Below, piece by piece: positions 39,784 to 49,109 of a DNA stretch of 64,000 bases (positions are counted from its first letter, which is position 1; each line of letters opens with the position of its first letter). This DNA comes from an uncultured Acidimicrobiales bacterium (GTDB taxonomy: Bacteria; Actinomycetota; Acidimicrobiia; Acidimicrobiales; UBA10347). The notes under the pieces are model-generated. The model was not told the DNA's origin. It worked only from the letters and a program-made list of their open reading frames with translations, and ran no database searches. A program made the translations under genes and the position numbers. The DNA is taken from NCBI GenBank assembly GCA_943788915.1, contig CALSSD010000006.1, positions 1 through 64,000 of the forward strand, written 5' to 3'.

Positions 39784-40899
39784 ATGATGCTCTATGACAC
39801 GAAGGCTCGTGCCGTCGTGCCGTTCGAACCGGGACCAATTGTCACGATGTATACGTGCGGCATTACGCCCTATGACTCATCCCATCTCGGACACGCGACC
39901 GCATACCTGACCTACGACGTGTTGCAGCGGCGACTACGTGACCGGGGTCATGAAACCCGCTGTGTCCGCAATTACACCGATGTCGACGATGACATCTTGC
40001 GTAAGGCTCGCGAACTCGGCGTGCATTATCTCGATTTGGCAGCAAGCCAGATCGCGGTGTTCGACCGTGACATGACAGCCCTTGGCCTCATCGAGCCTTA
40101 CAGTGCGCCCCGGGCCACGTCGGCTATGGCCGACATCCGCCGACTCATCGGTCAGGTACTCGACAACGGCCACGCCTACCAGGCTGGCGGTGCCGTGTAC
40201 TTCAGCGTGAGTAGTTTCGAAGGCTTCGGAAGCGTGAGTGGGTTCGACCGTGAGCGCATGCTTGAACTCGCAGCTGAACACGGCGGCAATCCTGGCGACC
40301 CGAACAAGCGTGATCCGCTCGACTTCATCTTGTGGCAACCTTCGGCACCAGACGAACCCGCGTGGGAGTCGTTATGGGGTCCTGGTCGCCCTGGCTGGCA
40401 CATCGAGTGTTCAGCGCTTGCGATGCGCGAACTCGAAAGCCCCAGCATCGACCTTCATGGTGGCGGCAGCGACTTGGTGTTCCCTCACCACGAGTGCGAG
40501 TCAGCACAGAGCGAAGCAGCCTCGGGTGAGCCGTTCGTCAAACACTGGATGCACCAGGCGATGGTTCGCATGGACGGCGAGAAGATGAGCAAGTCGCTCG
40601 GAAACCTGGTCTTTGTCCACGACCTGCTCGACGAGGGATACGAGGCAGGCGCGATTCGTGCCGCGGTCCTCAAACACTCCTATCGCGATGAGTGGTCATG
40701 GACTGACGCCCTGATGCCCGAGGCCGCCGCCCGTATTGCGCGTTGGAAGGCCGCAGGCGAAGGCGACGCAGGACTCGCTCAGGTTCGAGCAGCGCTCGAC
40801 AACGACCTCGATACCCCAACAGCCATCGCAGCGATCGACGCTGCTGCCGAAACGGGCGGCGTCTCACAGGCCGCAGCACTTCTCGGCATCATTCTGTAA
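39784..40899 (+). CDS. mshC: Mycothiol ligase MshC (CysRS paralog)
   Basis: CGITPYD..HLGH, GRPGWHIECS, GGGSDLVFPHHE, KMSKS, DLDTP; only ~370 aa with no anticodon-binding domain. Confidence 0.75.
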   Translation: MMLYDTKARAVVPFEPGPIVTMYTCGITPYDSSHLGHATAYLTYDVLQRRLRDRGHETRCVRNYTDVDDDILRKARELGVHYLDLAASQIAVFDRDMTALGLIEPYSAPRATSAMADIRRLIGQVLDNGHAYQAGGAVYFSVSSFEGFGSVSGFDRERMLELAAEHGGNPGDPNKRDPLDFILWQPSAPDEPAWESLWGPGRPGWHIECSALAMRELESPSIDLHGGGSDLVFPHHECESAQSEAASGEPFVKHWMHQAMVRMDGEKMSKSLGNLVFVHDLLDEGYEAGAIRAAVLKHSYRDEWSWTDALMPEAAARIARWKAAGEGDAGLAQVRAALDNDLDTPTAIAAIDAAAETGGVSQAAALLGIIL

Positions 40900-40963
40900 C
40901 GTCCGATTCGCTCTGCGGAGAACTGCTGACCGTGGCCGGCTCGGGCGCACTAGTGTTGTGTTT

Positions 40964-41749
40964 GTGCAGGAAACTAAGTCGGTTGGCTCAGGACGACTCC
41001 AGACGGTTGTCCGCAAGTCGATCGGACCCGTCTTCCGGCGCATGTTCGATCTCACGATCCTCGGCTTGGAGAACGTGCCGACCGATGGACCTGCGATCAT
41101 TGCAGCCAATCACACGTCGGTGCTCGATTCGTTCATCGTGCCTTCGGTGCTGCCTCGCAATATCAGTTATGTCGGCAAGGCCGAATATCTTGATGATTGG
41201 AAGACCAAACACATCTTTCCTGCGCTTGGCATGATTCCCATCGATCGCAGTGGGGGCGACGCCGCTGCGGCCGCCCTCGACACCGCAGCTGCATTGCTTG
41301 ACAGCGGCGGACTCTTCGGGATTTATCCCGAGGGAACTCGGTCCCGCACCGGCCATCTCTACAAGGGCCGAACCGGCGTCGCCAGGCTTTCTCATCGAAC
41401 CGGTGCACCGATCATCCCGGTTGGTCTGATGGGTATGCGCGATATCCAGCCACCCGATGCGCCGTTTCCAAAGTTCTTCAATGCGGCCACGATTAGTTTC
41501 GGTCAACCATTGTTTCCCGACGAACATGGCGACCCAGGGACCGACCCCATGGCGTTCCGGGCAATGACCGACGCGTTGATGTTCCGGATTCGGCATCTTT
41601 CTGGTCAGCAGTACATCAACCGTTACGCACCGAGCAAGGCCGAACTTGAGGCGCAGAACGATCCCAGCGTGCTCAACGAGCGTTACGACATCATGGCCGA
41701 CAAACCACTCGACGAACGCCGTACCGGAACCGATCTGCTAAACGCATAA
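40964..41749 (+). CDS. plsC: 1-acyl-sn-glycerol-3-phosphate acyltransferase
   Basis: NHTSVLD (HX4D), GKAEY, IPIDR, YPEGTRS. Confidence 0.9.
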   Translation: MQETKSVGSGRLQTVVRKSIGPVFRRMFDLTILGLENVPTDGPAIIAANHTSVLDSFIVPSVLPRNISYVGKAEYLDDWKTKHIFPALGMIPIDRSGGDAAAAALDTAAALLDSGGLFGIYPEGTRSRTGHLYKGRTGVARLSHRTGAPIIPVGLMGMRDIQPPDAPFPKFFNAATISFGQPLFPDEHGDPGTDPMAFRAMTDALMFRIRHLSGQQYINRYAPSKAELEAQNDPSVLNERYDIMADKPLDERRTGTDLLNA

Positions 41750-41767
41750 TCCCTGCCGACGGAAAAA

Positions 41768-41812
41768 CGATCAGTAGTGAGCCGATCAGTAGTGAGCCGA
41801 TCAGTAGTGAGC
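41768..41812 (+). repeat. 15-bp perfect tandem repeat, three copies (CGATCAGTAGTGAGC)
   Basis: Copies start at 41768, 41783 and 41798. Confidence 0.92.
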
Positions 41813-41861
41813 AAGGCCGTGTCCGACGAATCGACGGTCCCGGTCGACAAGAAATAGAGCC

Positions 41862-41950
41862 AGGAGCGAGGGACGAGTGGGCGGAGCCGACAGAGGACGC
41901 TCGCCATATGGCTTGACGCCATATCCGACGAACGTCGGCCGGAGCGGAGC
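41862..41950 (+). repeat. Solo diverged copy of the 115-bp array element
   Basis: 5' block matches array unit 3 at 19/20 and 3' block at 28/32, with block spacing of 57 versus 58 nt. Confidence 0.85.
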
Positions 41951-42045
41951 AGTGCAACCCAGAGCAGCGCAGCACAGAACGTTGCGACACAGAGCGATCG
42001 CAAAGGCAGCTCGCCGGCGGAGGAGGAACGGTAAGCTCGGCACCT

Positions 42046-44007
42046 ATGTCAAGTATTGTTGTTCAGCTTCCTGACGGGTCCGAGCGAGAGCTTCCCGCAG
42101 GCGCCACCGCCTATGACCTGGCGGCCGATATCGGTCCTGGTCTTGCCAAGGCCGCGTTGATTGCCACCGTCGATGGCCAAGAACGCGATCTGAACACTGA
42201 GCTCACTACCGGCGCCACCGTGGCTCTCATTACCGACTCGTCCGACGAAGGGCTCGAGACACTTCGCCACTCGACCTCACACGTGTTGGCCCAAGCGGTC
42301 CTGGAACTGTGGCCAGGTGCCACGTTTGCAATTGGCCCGCCGATCGAACATGGCTTCTACTACGACTTTGAACTGCCACAGGGCGGCACGTTCTCCGACG
42401 AAGATCTGGAACGTATTGACACCAAGATGCGCGACATCATCGCTGCTGACCAGCCGTTCGTGCGTGGCGAAGTAAGCGCAGCCGAGGCGCTCGAGATGTT
42501 CGTCGACCACAAGTACAAGCGCGAAACGATCGAACGTGTCACCGGGGCCGAAGATCCCGAGCTGGCTACCGAAGTTGCCGCCGACGGCACGGTCAGCTAC
42601 TACCGCAACAGCGACAGTTTCGTTGACCTGTGCCTCGGCCCGCATGTGCCCAGCACTGGTCGCCTTGGTCACTTCAAACTCATGTCCGTCGCGGGGGCGT
42701 ATTGGCGCGGCCGCGAAAACGAACCCATGCTGCAGCGCATCTATGGCACCGCATGGTCGTCGAAGAAACAACTGAAGCAGCACCTGCATCGCCTCGAAGA
42801 AGCCGCCAAGCGCGATCATCGCAAACTAGCCAACGAGCTCGATCTGGTTTCGTGGCCACAAGAACTTGGACCTGGCCTAGCCGTGTGGCATCCCAAGGGC
42901 GCACTTGTGCGCAAGATCATCGAGGATTACAGCCGCGACCGCCACGAGAACGGGGGGTACGACTTTGCCTTCTCACCTCATATCGCCAAGGCGAACCTGT
43001 GGGAGACCAGCGGTCACCTCGACTTTTATGCCGACGGCATGTACCCGCCGATGGAACTCGACGGCGCTACCTATTACCCCAAACCAATGAACTGCCCATT
43101 CCACGTAATGATCTACAAGTCGTCGCAGCGAAGTTACCGCGAACTGCCGATGCGTATTTTTGAGCTGGGCACGGTCTATCGGTACGAGTTGAGCGGCGCG
43201 ATTCACGGGCTGCTTCGAAGCCGCGGCTTCACTCAGGACGACAGCCATATCTTCTGTACCCGAGAAGAGATGCAGGACGAACTTGCCTCGTTGCTCGAGT
43301 TTGTGTTGTCGGTACTCAAGGCATTTGGCTTCGACGACTTTCAAGCCAAACTGTCGACTCGTCCGCCTGAGAAATCAGTGGGCGACGACGAGATCTGGGA
43401 GGCCGCAACCGATGGTCTGCGAGCCGCCCTTGAAACTGCTGGCCTCGACTATGTCGTCGACGAAGGTGGCGGCGCGTTCTATGGCCCCAAGATCGACGTC
43501 GACGTCAAGGACGCAATCGGACGAGCCTGGCAACTGTCGACCATCCAGGCTGACTTCAACCTGCCAGAACGTTTCGACCTCGAATATGTGGCCAACGATG
43601 GCGAACGCAAACGTCCGGTCATGATTCATCGAGCACTGCTCGGCAGCGTCGAGCGGTTCTTCGGTGTGTTGCTTGAGCACTATGCGGGAGCATTTCCGGT
43701 GTGGCTCGCGCCTATGCAGGTGCAGATTTTGCCGGTGGCCGAGGCCCACGACGACTACGCACACGATGTTGCCGCTCAGCTGAAGACCGCTGGTTTCCGA
43801 GCCGAAGTCATTGCAGCGACCGACCCACTTGGTAAACGAGTTCGTAATGGCAAATCGGCCAAACTTCCCTATGTGCTCGTCGTCGGCGACGACGATGTTG
43901 CTAACAACACCGTGGGGGTCAACGCTCGAGGCCTCGACGTAGAGCGCGACGTCACCGTCGATGCTTTCTTGGCTCGACTGGCCAACGACGTCGAAACCCA
44001 CGCGTAA
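42046..44007 (+). CDS. thrS: Threonine--tRNA ligase
   Basis: TGS domain, RHSTSH, DLCLGPH, RDHRKL, KPMNCPFH, RGFTQDDSH, FYGPKID, MIHRAL. Confidence 0.98.
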   Translation: MSSIVVQLPDGSERELPAGATAYDLAADIGPGLAKAALIATVDGQERDLNTELTTGATVALITDSSDEGLETLRHSTSHVLAQAVLELWPGATFAIGPPIEHGFYYDFELPQGGTFSDEDLERIDTKMRDIIAADQPFVRGEVSAAEALEMFVDHKYKRETIERVTGAEDPELATEVAADGTVSYYRNSDSFVDLCLGPHVPSTGRLGHFKLMSVAGAYWRGRENEPMLQRIYGTAWSSKKQLKQHLHRLEEAAKRDHRKLANELDLVSWPQELGPGLAVWHPKGALVRKIIEDYSRDRHENGGYDFAFSPHIAKANLWETSGHLDFYADGMYPPMELDGATYYPKPMNCPFHVMIYKSSQRSYRELPMRIFELGTVYRYELSGAIHGLLRSRGFTQDDSHIFCTREEMQDELASLLEFVLSVLKAFGFDDFQAKLSTRPPEKSVGDDEIWEAATDGLRAALETAGLDYVVDEGGGAFYGPKIDVDVKDAIGRAWQLSTIQADFNLPERFDLEYVANDGERKRPVMIHRALLGSVERFFGVLLEHYAGAFPVWLAPMQVQILPVAEAHDDYAHDVAAQLKTAGFRAEVIAATDPLGKRVRNGKSAKLPYVLVVGDDDVANNTVGVNARGLDVERDVTVDAFLARLANDVETHA

Positions 44008-44021
44008 GTAGGTAGCACGAC

Positions 44022-44528
44022 ATGCTTGAACGGCTGTGGGCAGGATGGCGAAGCTCGTTTGTCTCCGGCAAAGGGGTGCCCGACAACGTCCCAGCCGAAG
44101 CCGAGGGCACACTCTTTGAGCGCATCCTGGCTTCAGAAGAAGATGCCGAAGCCGCAATTATTCATCGTGACACGCTCGTCTCGGTGATCCTGAATATTTA
44201 TCCCTACAGCAGCGGACACATGCTGGTCGTCCCGAACCGGGGTGTCGCCAAACTCAGCGACTTATCGACAGATGAGTCGCGCCAATTGTGGGACACGGTG
44301 CAACATGCCGTCGGTGTCGCCGAAGCCGTGTACCGGCCAGGTGGCATCAACGTTGGGCTGAACCAGGGGAGAGCAGGCGGTGCCAGCGTGCCCGACCACC
44401 TGCATGTGCACGTTCTTCCACGGTGGGAAGCCGACACCAACTTCATGACCGCTATCGCCGAGACGCGGGTGTTGCCCGAACCACTTGAAGAATCAATCCG
44501 CAAACTCCGCGCAGGGTGGCATCTGTGA
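44022..44528 (+). CDS. HIT-family protein (Ap4A phosphorylase-like)
   Basis: ERLWAGWR, NIYPYSSGH, HLHVHVLPRW..DTNF; conserved position after thrS. Confidence 0.9.
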   Translation: MLERLWAGWRSSFVSGKGVPDNVPAEAEGTLFERILASEEDAEAAIIHRDTLVSVILNIYPYSSGHMLVVPNRGVAKLSDLSTDESRQLWDTVQHAVGVAEAVYRPGGINVGLNQGRAGGASVPDHLHVHVLPRWEADTNFMTAIAETRVLPEPLEESIRKLRAGWHL

Positions 44529-44611
44529 GCCCAACCGCGCATAACACTGCGCATAACGCGGTCTTAGGCTCACAGATCATGTCGTGGGGTACGTCACAGA
44601 ATTCGACATGA
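44521..44611. other. Two adjacent stem-loops at the 3' end of the HIT gene
   Basis: ATCTGTGAGCC(44521-31)/GGCTCACAGAT(44567-77) with inner ACCGCG/CGCGGT; TCATGTCG(44577-84)/CGACATGA(44604-11). Confidence 0.6.
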
Positions 44612-44648
44612 CCGACTGGCTGTGGTCGCTAGGCAATAACGTGGACGG

Positions 44649-45215
44649 GTGAGCGAAGTCGAGAACGAGGACGAACTACAGGCCTCGGCTGGTTCGGTCG
44701 ATGAGAATGCCGCCGACGAGAGTGATGTCGACGACGGCGAGGTGCGCGATGAGTTGCCCGAGGATCTCAACGCGAGTGAGTACGTGGGGCCCTATGTGTT
44801 CCCGAACAATAATCGCCGTCGGATCCCGGGCGTCTTGTACATCGTTATCGGCCTGATCTTCGTGCTGATCTACCTTGCGGTCAGCGACTCGCCGCTGGTC
44901 AACGCTGGTTGGGCATGGGGCGGAGGTGCCCTAATCGCCATTGGTCTCTACAACCTGGTCGCGGGTTGGAGCCTGAAGATCGATGAAAACGAAGCACTCG
45001 TGGAGGCCACAAAGTCGGTTGGTTTCCCTGTTGGCCACGCATCTGCCCAGCTCGGTTGGCGAGGATGGCTCAGCCGTCCAACGTGGCGGATCCTGCTGTA
45101 TTCGAACGAAGCACAACCCGACAAACGCGGACTCGTACTGATCGACGGCTACGACGGCGAAGTTCTCGACACTATTGTCGAGAAGAACCCCGAAGACTGG
45201 AGTCAGTATGTTTGA
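44649..45215 (+). CDS. Hypothetical membrane protein (2 TM)
   Basis: Acidic N-terminus, two TM helices, conserved-looking FPVGHASAQLGWRG..SRPTWRILLYS; overlaps pgsA. Confidence 0.8.
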   Translation: MSEVENEDELQASAGSVDENAADESDVDDGEVRDELPEDLNASEYVGPYVFPNNNRRRIPGVLYIVIGLIFVLIYLAVSDSPLVNAGWAWGGGALIAIGLYNLVAGWSLKIDENEALVEATKSVGFPVGHASAQLGWRGWLSRPTWRILLYSNEAQPDKRGLVLIDGYDGEVLDTIVEKNPEDWSQYV

Positions 45216-45828
45216 TGGCAACTGGCGAGTGACGGTCGAAAAGGGTGTTGATCCAATCGGCGAAGGCCTAAGAAAGATGGGTATCAGTGCTGACATCTTG
45301 ACGGTTGTTGGCATTTTGATGTCGGTTGCTACTGCCTTCATCATCGGCAACGGCTATCTACGATGGGGATTCGTTGCCATGGTGGCTACCGGCATTCCTG
45401 ATCTGCTCGACGGTGCGGTTGCCAAAGCGTCGGGCTCGGCGTCGAAACGAGGGGCGTTCTTCGATTCATCGATCGACCGTTTCAGCGACGCATTCGTCTT
45501 CGGCGGACTTAGCTGGTACTACGCCGCAAACTTCCCTGGCACGCTTTCGGTGCTGCCGGTTGCGGTGATGTCCGCAGCGTTGATCACCTCCTATCTGCGA
45601 GCCAAGGGCGAACTGCTTGGATTCGACGCCAAGGGCGGCATCATGGAACGGGCCGAACGTTTCATTCTGCTCGCAGCTGGTTTGGCATTTCCTCGCATCC
45701 TTGAGCCGGTCTTGTGGGTCATGCTGGTGCTCACATGTGTCACCGTCGTGCAACGCTTCTTTAAGGTGTGGAAGCAGGCAACCGTAGAAATGCACGCCGA
45801 TAGAGCAGCGGCGGCAGCAAAGAACTGA
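45208..45828 (+). CDS. pgsA: CDP-alcohol phosphatidyltransferase (phosphatidylinositol phosphate synthase)
   Basis: DLLDGAVAK...GAFFDSSIDR signature; pgsA-patA-pimA context. Confidence 0.9.
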   Translation: MFDGNWRVTVEKGVDPIGEGLRKMGISADILTVVGILMSVATAFIIGNGYLRWGFVAMVATGIPDLLDGAVAKASGSASKRGAFFDSSIDRFSDAFVFGGLSWYYAANFPGTLSVLPVAVMSAALITSYLRAKGELLGFDAKGGIMERAERFILLAAGLAFPRILEPVLWVMLVLTCVTVVQRFFKVWKQATVEMHADRAAAAAKN

Positions 45829-45833
45829 GTGGC

Positions 45834-46754
45834 ATGGGGGCCATGGGGATTGACCCGACGCTTGCCGTGTACAAGACCATCGCGACGGCAGCGCGCACAT
45901 TGCCCCATGGGATGATGAGCGGCTTGTGTCGGGTGGCGACGACCGGGATCCCGTGGTTCTCGCCTGACCGCAAGCTCATCGTCGAGCGAAATCTTCGGCG
46001 AAGCAGCGACCACGAACTGAGTGCCTCCGAACTCGCGCACGGGGTGCGGGCTGTGTTCCGTTCCTATGCCCGCTACTACACCGATACGGCACGCCTGCCG
46101 GGGCTCGATGCCAAGGCCATCGATCAAGGCTTCAGCTACGAGGGTTTCCGCCATATTCAGGACAGTCATGCACGAGGCAAGGGCACCATCTTGGTGTTGC
46201 CCCATGTTGGTGGTTGGGAATGGGCTGCGAGTTGGCTCGACAAGGTGCCGAAGTATCAGGTCACCGGCGTGGTCGAAGCGCTCGAGAACGAAGAACTCCG
46301 GTTGTGGATGGAGGAGTGGCGCGAAGCTGTGGGTATCCAAGTCTTGCCGCTAGGCAAAGGCTTGGGCAGCGAGCTACTCCGGCGGCTGCGGGCGAATCAC
46401 GTGTTGTGCCTGATGAGCGACCGCAATCTGGGCGACGGCGGTGTCGAGGTTGATTTCTTCAGTGAACGAACCGAACTGCCGGGTGGTGCCGCCACGCTGG
46501 CTCTGCGCACAGGCGCCACGATTGTGCCGGTGGCCGTCTACCACCGCGGCGCCCAGAACCACGCAGTGTGCGAACCGCCGATCGTGGTCGAACGGCAGGG
46601 CAAGATGCGCGACGACATCAAACGCATCACCCAAAATATTGCCGATGTAATGCAGATGCAGATCCGCCGCGAACCGCATCAGTGGATCGTGCTGCAACCA
46701 AATTGGCCGAGCGATCACGACGCACTCCGCCAGCTCCACGACGGCAGCGAGTAA
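45834..46754 (+). CDS. patA: Phosphatidylinositol mannoside acyltransferase
   Basis: SYARYY, LPHVGGWE, DRNL..GGVEVDFF, GAATLALRTGA, W..LQPNW. Confidence 0.88.
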   Translation: MGAMGIDPTLAVYKTIATAARTLPHGMMSGLCRVATTGIPWFSPDRKLIVERNLRRSSDHELSASELAHGVRAVFRSYARYYTDTARLPGLDAKAIDQGFSYEGFRHIQDSHARGKGTILVLPHVGGWEWAASWLDKVPKYQVTGVVEALENEELRLWMEEWREAVGIQVLPLGKGLGSELLRRLRANHVLCLMSDRNLGDGGVEVDFFSERTELPGGAATLALRTGATIVPVAVYHRGAQNHAVCEPPIVVERQGKMRDDIKRITQNIADVMQMQIRREPHQWIVLQPNWPSDHDALRQLHDGSE

Positions 46755-46760
46755 CCCTCG

Positions 46761-47837
46761 ATGCGTGTGGGGATGATCTGTCCGTACAGCTTGTCGGTAC
46801 CCGGCGGGGTGCAAGAACAGGTTCTGGGCCTGGCGCCGGTATTGCGCGCCCGAGGCGTCGACGTGCGTGTCCTTGCACCATGCGATGGGCCCCCACCCGA
46901 TAGTGGGATCACCACGCTGGGTGCGAGTTTGCCGACAGCGGCCAACGGTTCGATCGCTCCCATCGCTCCGGATCTTCCCGCTCAGATCCGTCTGATCAAG
47001 GCATTGTGGAACGAAGAGTTCGACGTGCTCCACATACACGAGCCGCTTGCCCCTGGTATTGGCATCACATCGGTGCTCATGCAGGCGGCGCCCATGGTTG
47101 GCACATTCCATGCAGCTGGCCGGAGCTCGGCGTATCGGTGGGTAAACCGAGGATGCCGGGCGCTTCGCAGCCGGTTGGCGATCGCCTGCGCCGTGTCAGC
47201 CGAGGCCGAGGCGTTGGCAACGAAATGGCTCGGTGGGAATTATGAACGAGTGTTCAACGGCATCGATGTCAACCGTTATGCATCGGCCGAACCATCACCA
47301 GCTTCCGGCCCCACGGTGTTGTTCGTCGGTCGACATGAAGAACGCAAGGGCCTACGGGTGCTGTTGCAGGCCTCGGAACGATTGCCGGCGGATGTTCGTA
47401 TTTGGGTCGGCGGCGATGGCGACGAGACTCTTTCGCTCAAACGCGATTTTGCTGGCAATGATCGCATCGAATGGCTCGGCCGGATCTCTGGCGAAGAAAA
47501 GCGTGCCCGCTTGGCGGGAGCGTCCGTCTTCTGCGCTCCGTCGCTGGGTGGCGAGTCCTTCGGAATTGTGCTGCTCGAGGCAATGTCGGCTGGTATCCCA
47601 ATCGTGGCCAGCGACATCACCGGGTATTCACTGGTCGCCCGGGCTGGATCCGATGCGCTCCTCACCGAGCCCGGAAACCCCGACGCTCTGGCTGGAGCAT
47701 TGAGTGCGGTGCTCGCTGGTGGACACGGTGTCCACGATCGAGTCGAACGAGGCCGGCAACGGGCCAACGAGTTCTCGATGGAGACGCTGGCCGATGTCTA
47801 CACCGAGATGTATGAACGAGTCCTGGCCACCGGCTGA
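46761..47837 (+). CDS. pimA: GT4 phosphatidyl-myo-inositol mannosyltransferase
   Basis: MICPYSLSVPGGVQ, LHIHEP, GRHEERKG, GGESFGIVLLEAM. Confidence 0.92.
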   Translation: MRVGMICPYSLSVPGGVQEQVLGLAPVLRARGVDVRVLAPCDGPPPDSGITTLGASLPTAANGSIAPIAPDLPAQIRLIKALWNEEFDVLHIHEPLAPGIGITSVLMQAAPMVGTFHAAGRSSAYRWVNRGCRALRSRLAIACAVSAEAEALATKWLGGNYERVFNGIDVNRYASAEPSPASGPTVLFVGRHEERKGLRVLLQASERLPADVRIWVGGDGDETLSLKRDFAGNDRIEWLGRISGEEKRARLAGASVFCAPSLGGESFGIVLLEAMSAGIPIVASDITGYSLVARAGSDALLTEPGNPDALAGALSAVLAGGHGVHDRVERGRQRANEFSMETLADVYTEMYERVLATG

Positions 47838-47928
47838 CAACTAACCCACAGCGGTATGTCTCTTCATCACGAACCATGGTGGCCTGCGGGTGGAGTAGTC
47901 GTGCGCCTCACGTCTCACCACTTGGACC

Positions 47929-48040
47929 ATGACCACCCGACCCAAACCCACTACGCAGTGTGACTGGCCACCCACCCGGCAGAAAAGAATCGTCAAGGGA
48001 CGCGATCGACAATGCAGTGACTGCGGTCGCAACACCTGCC
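47929..48040 (+). pseudogene. Possible remnant of a DUF222/HNH endonuclease gene
   Basis: PPTRQKRIVKGRDRQCSDCG resembles the pre-HNH T..Q+R....RD..C..CG segment; no HNH core follows. Confidence 0.35.
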
Positions 48041-48085
48041 AACCAGCGTCTGGGGTGTTTGTGTGGTGGCAATGTTCACAGATGA

Positions 48086-48982
48086 TCAGGAATCAGGTGC
48101 CTGAGCGGTGAACTCTGCAGTTGTGAGCGGTGCGTCTCGTAGGAGCGAACGTTCCGCCCGAAGACGAAAACGTTCGGCATCAACGCCATCGGCGAGGTTG
48201 ATCACTTCGCTGGAGCGAACAGAACCGCGGTCAAAGTCCGGGGCCGGGTCGAAGAGCTTGACGGTGCGTGTTCGTTGAACGAGTTGGCTGCGCCGTTGCG
48301 CAGGACCACGGTGTGTGAGTCGGAACTCATCGAGTCTTGTTCGAGCTTGATCGGCCGCGTGGTGGTCGATCCACAACGTCTCGAGGTAGTACTCGATCGT
48401 GGCGATGGCCTGGCGCCATTCAGTCTCCCAACCGGTCGATCGCCCAAGCGGTCGCGTCACGGCGAGAAAGTCCAACCGATCAAAGCCATTAGCGATGAAA
48501 CGTTTCGCGTAGTCGTTGCGGCGTGAAGCCGCTTCGGCTGCGGCGTCTGCGGCTGCAGCCTGCGCCTCGACAAGGAGCAGTCGTTCGTCTTCGGGCATGT
48601 GGTTGGCGTCAGCAGCAAGCGTAAACAGTTCACTCCAGGTACCTAACCACAGAGTGCACTCGTCGACCGCCCGGCGGTAACCGGAATCGACGCTGGTGAA
48701 CGTCGATGTCGCTCGTTGGTTTCGGAGGACAACCCAGCCAACGACACCAGCGATTGCTGCGACCACAAGTCCGACGAGCCAACTGCTTTGCGCGAGCCAC
48801 AACATCGGTAGTAGACCGAGCAACAAACCAAGTAGGGCGGCAGTCGTCAAAACAACTCCCTGGCCGTCGCCACGAATCAATCCAGTGCGTGGCGAACGTG
48901 CTGAACGGCCGCACCCTAGACACTGCGCGACACTTTCGCGGATGAAGAAGGTGCAGCGATCGTGAGGGCACGTGTGTGGCAT
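48086..48982 (-). CDS. Hypothetical membrane protein with an N-terminal Cys cluster
   Basis: CPHDRC...CLGCG (zinc-ribbon-like), two TM helices, helical C-terminal region. Confidence 0.65.
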   Translation of the reverse strand: MPHTCPHDRCTFFIRESVAQCLGCGRSARSPRTGLIRGDGQGVVLTTAALLGLLLGLLPMLWLAQSSWLVGLVVAAIAGVVGWVVLRNQRATSTFTSVDSGYRRAVDECTLWLGTWSELFTLAADANHMPEDERLLLVEAQAAAADAAAEAASRRNDYAKRFIANGFDRLDFLAVTRPLGRSTGWETEWRQAIATIEYYLETLWIDHHAADQARTRLDEFRLTHRGPAQRRSQLVQRTRTVKLFDPAPDFDRGSVRSSEVINLADGVDAERFRLRAERSLLRDAPLTTAEFTAQAPDS

Positions 48983-49072
48983 GGGGAACCGTCGTTTCCA
49001 CTTAGAAACTAGTCAACGCACCGACTGTTGTGGGGTCGTGTGGTCGGTTTCGCGCCAATATTTCGATCCAAG

Positions 49073-49106
49073 TAAACCTGGCCCGACCATAAACCTGGCC
49101 CGACCA
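49073..49106 (+). repeat. 17-bp direct duplication (TAAACCTGGCCCGACCA x2)
   Basis: Copies at 49073 and 49090, just past the patatin stop codon. Confidence 0.85.
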
Positions 49107-49109
49107 CGT

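Noticed and set aside
39784..40899. cysS call
   Set aside because: The CGITPYD motif and the missing anticodon-binding domain fit MshC better; a phylogeny would settle it.
41750..42045. T-box riboswitch in the thrS leader
   Set aside because: No GGTGGNACC T-box motif, and a TAAGCT -10 box sits 8 nt before the ATG, leaving essentially no leader.
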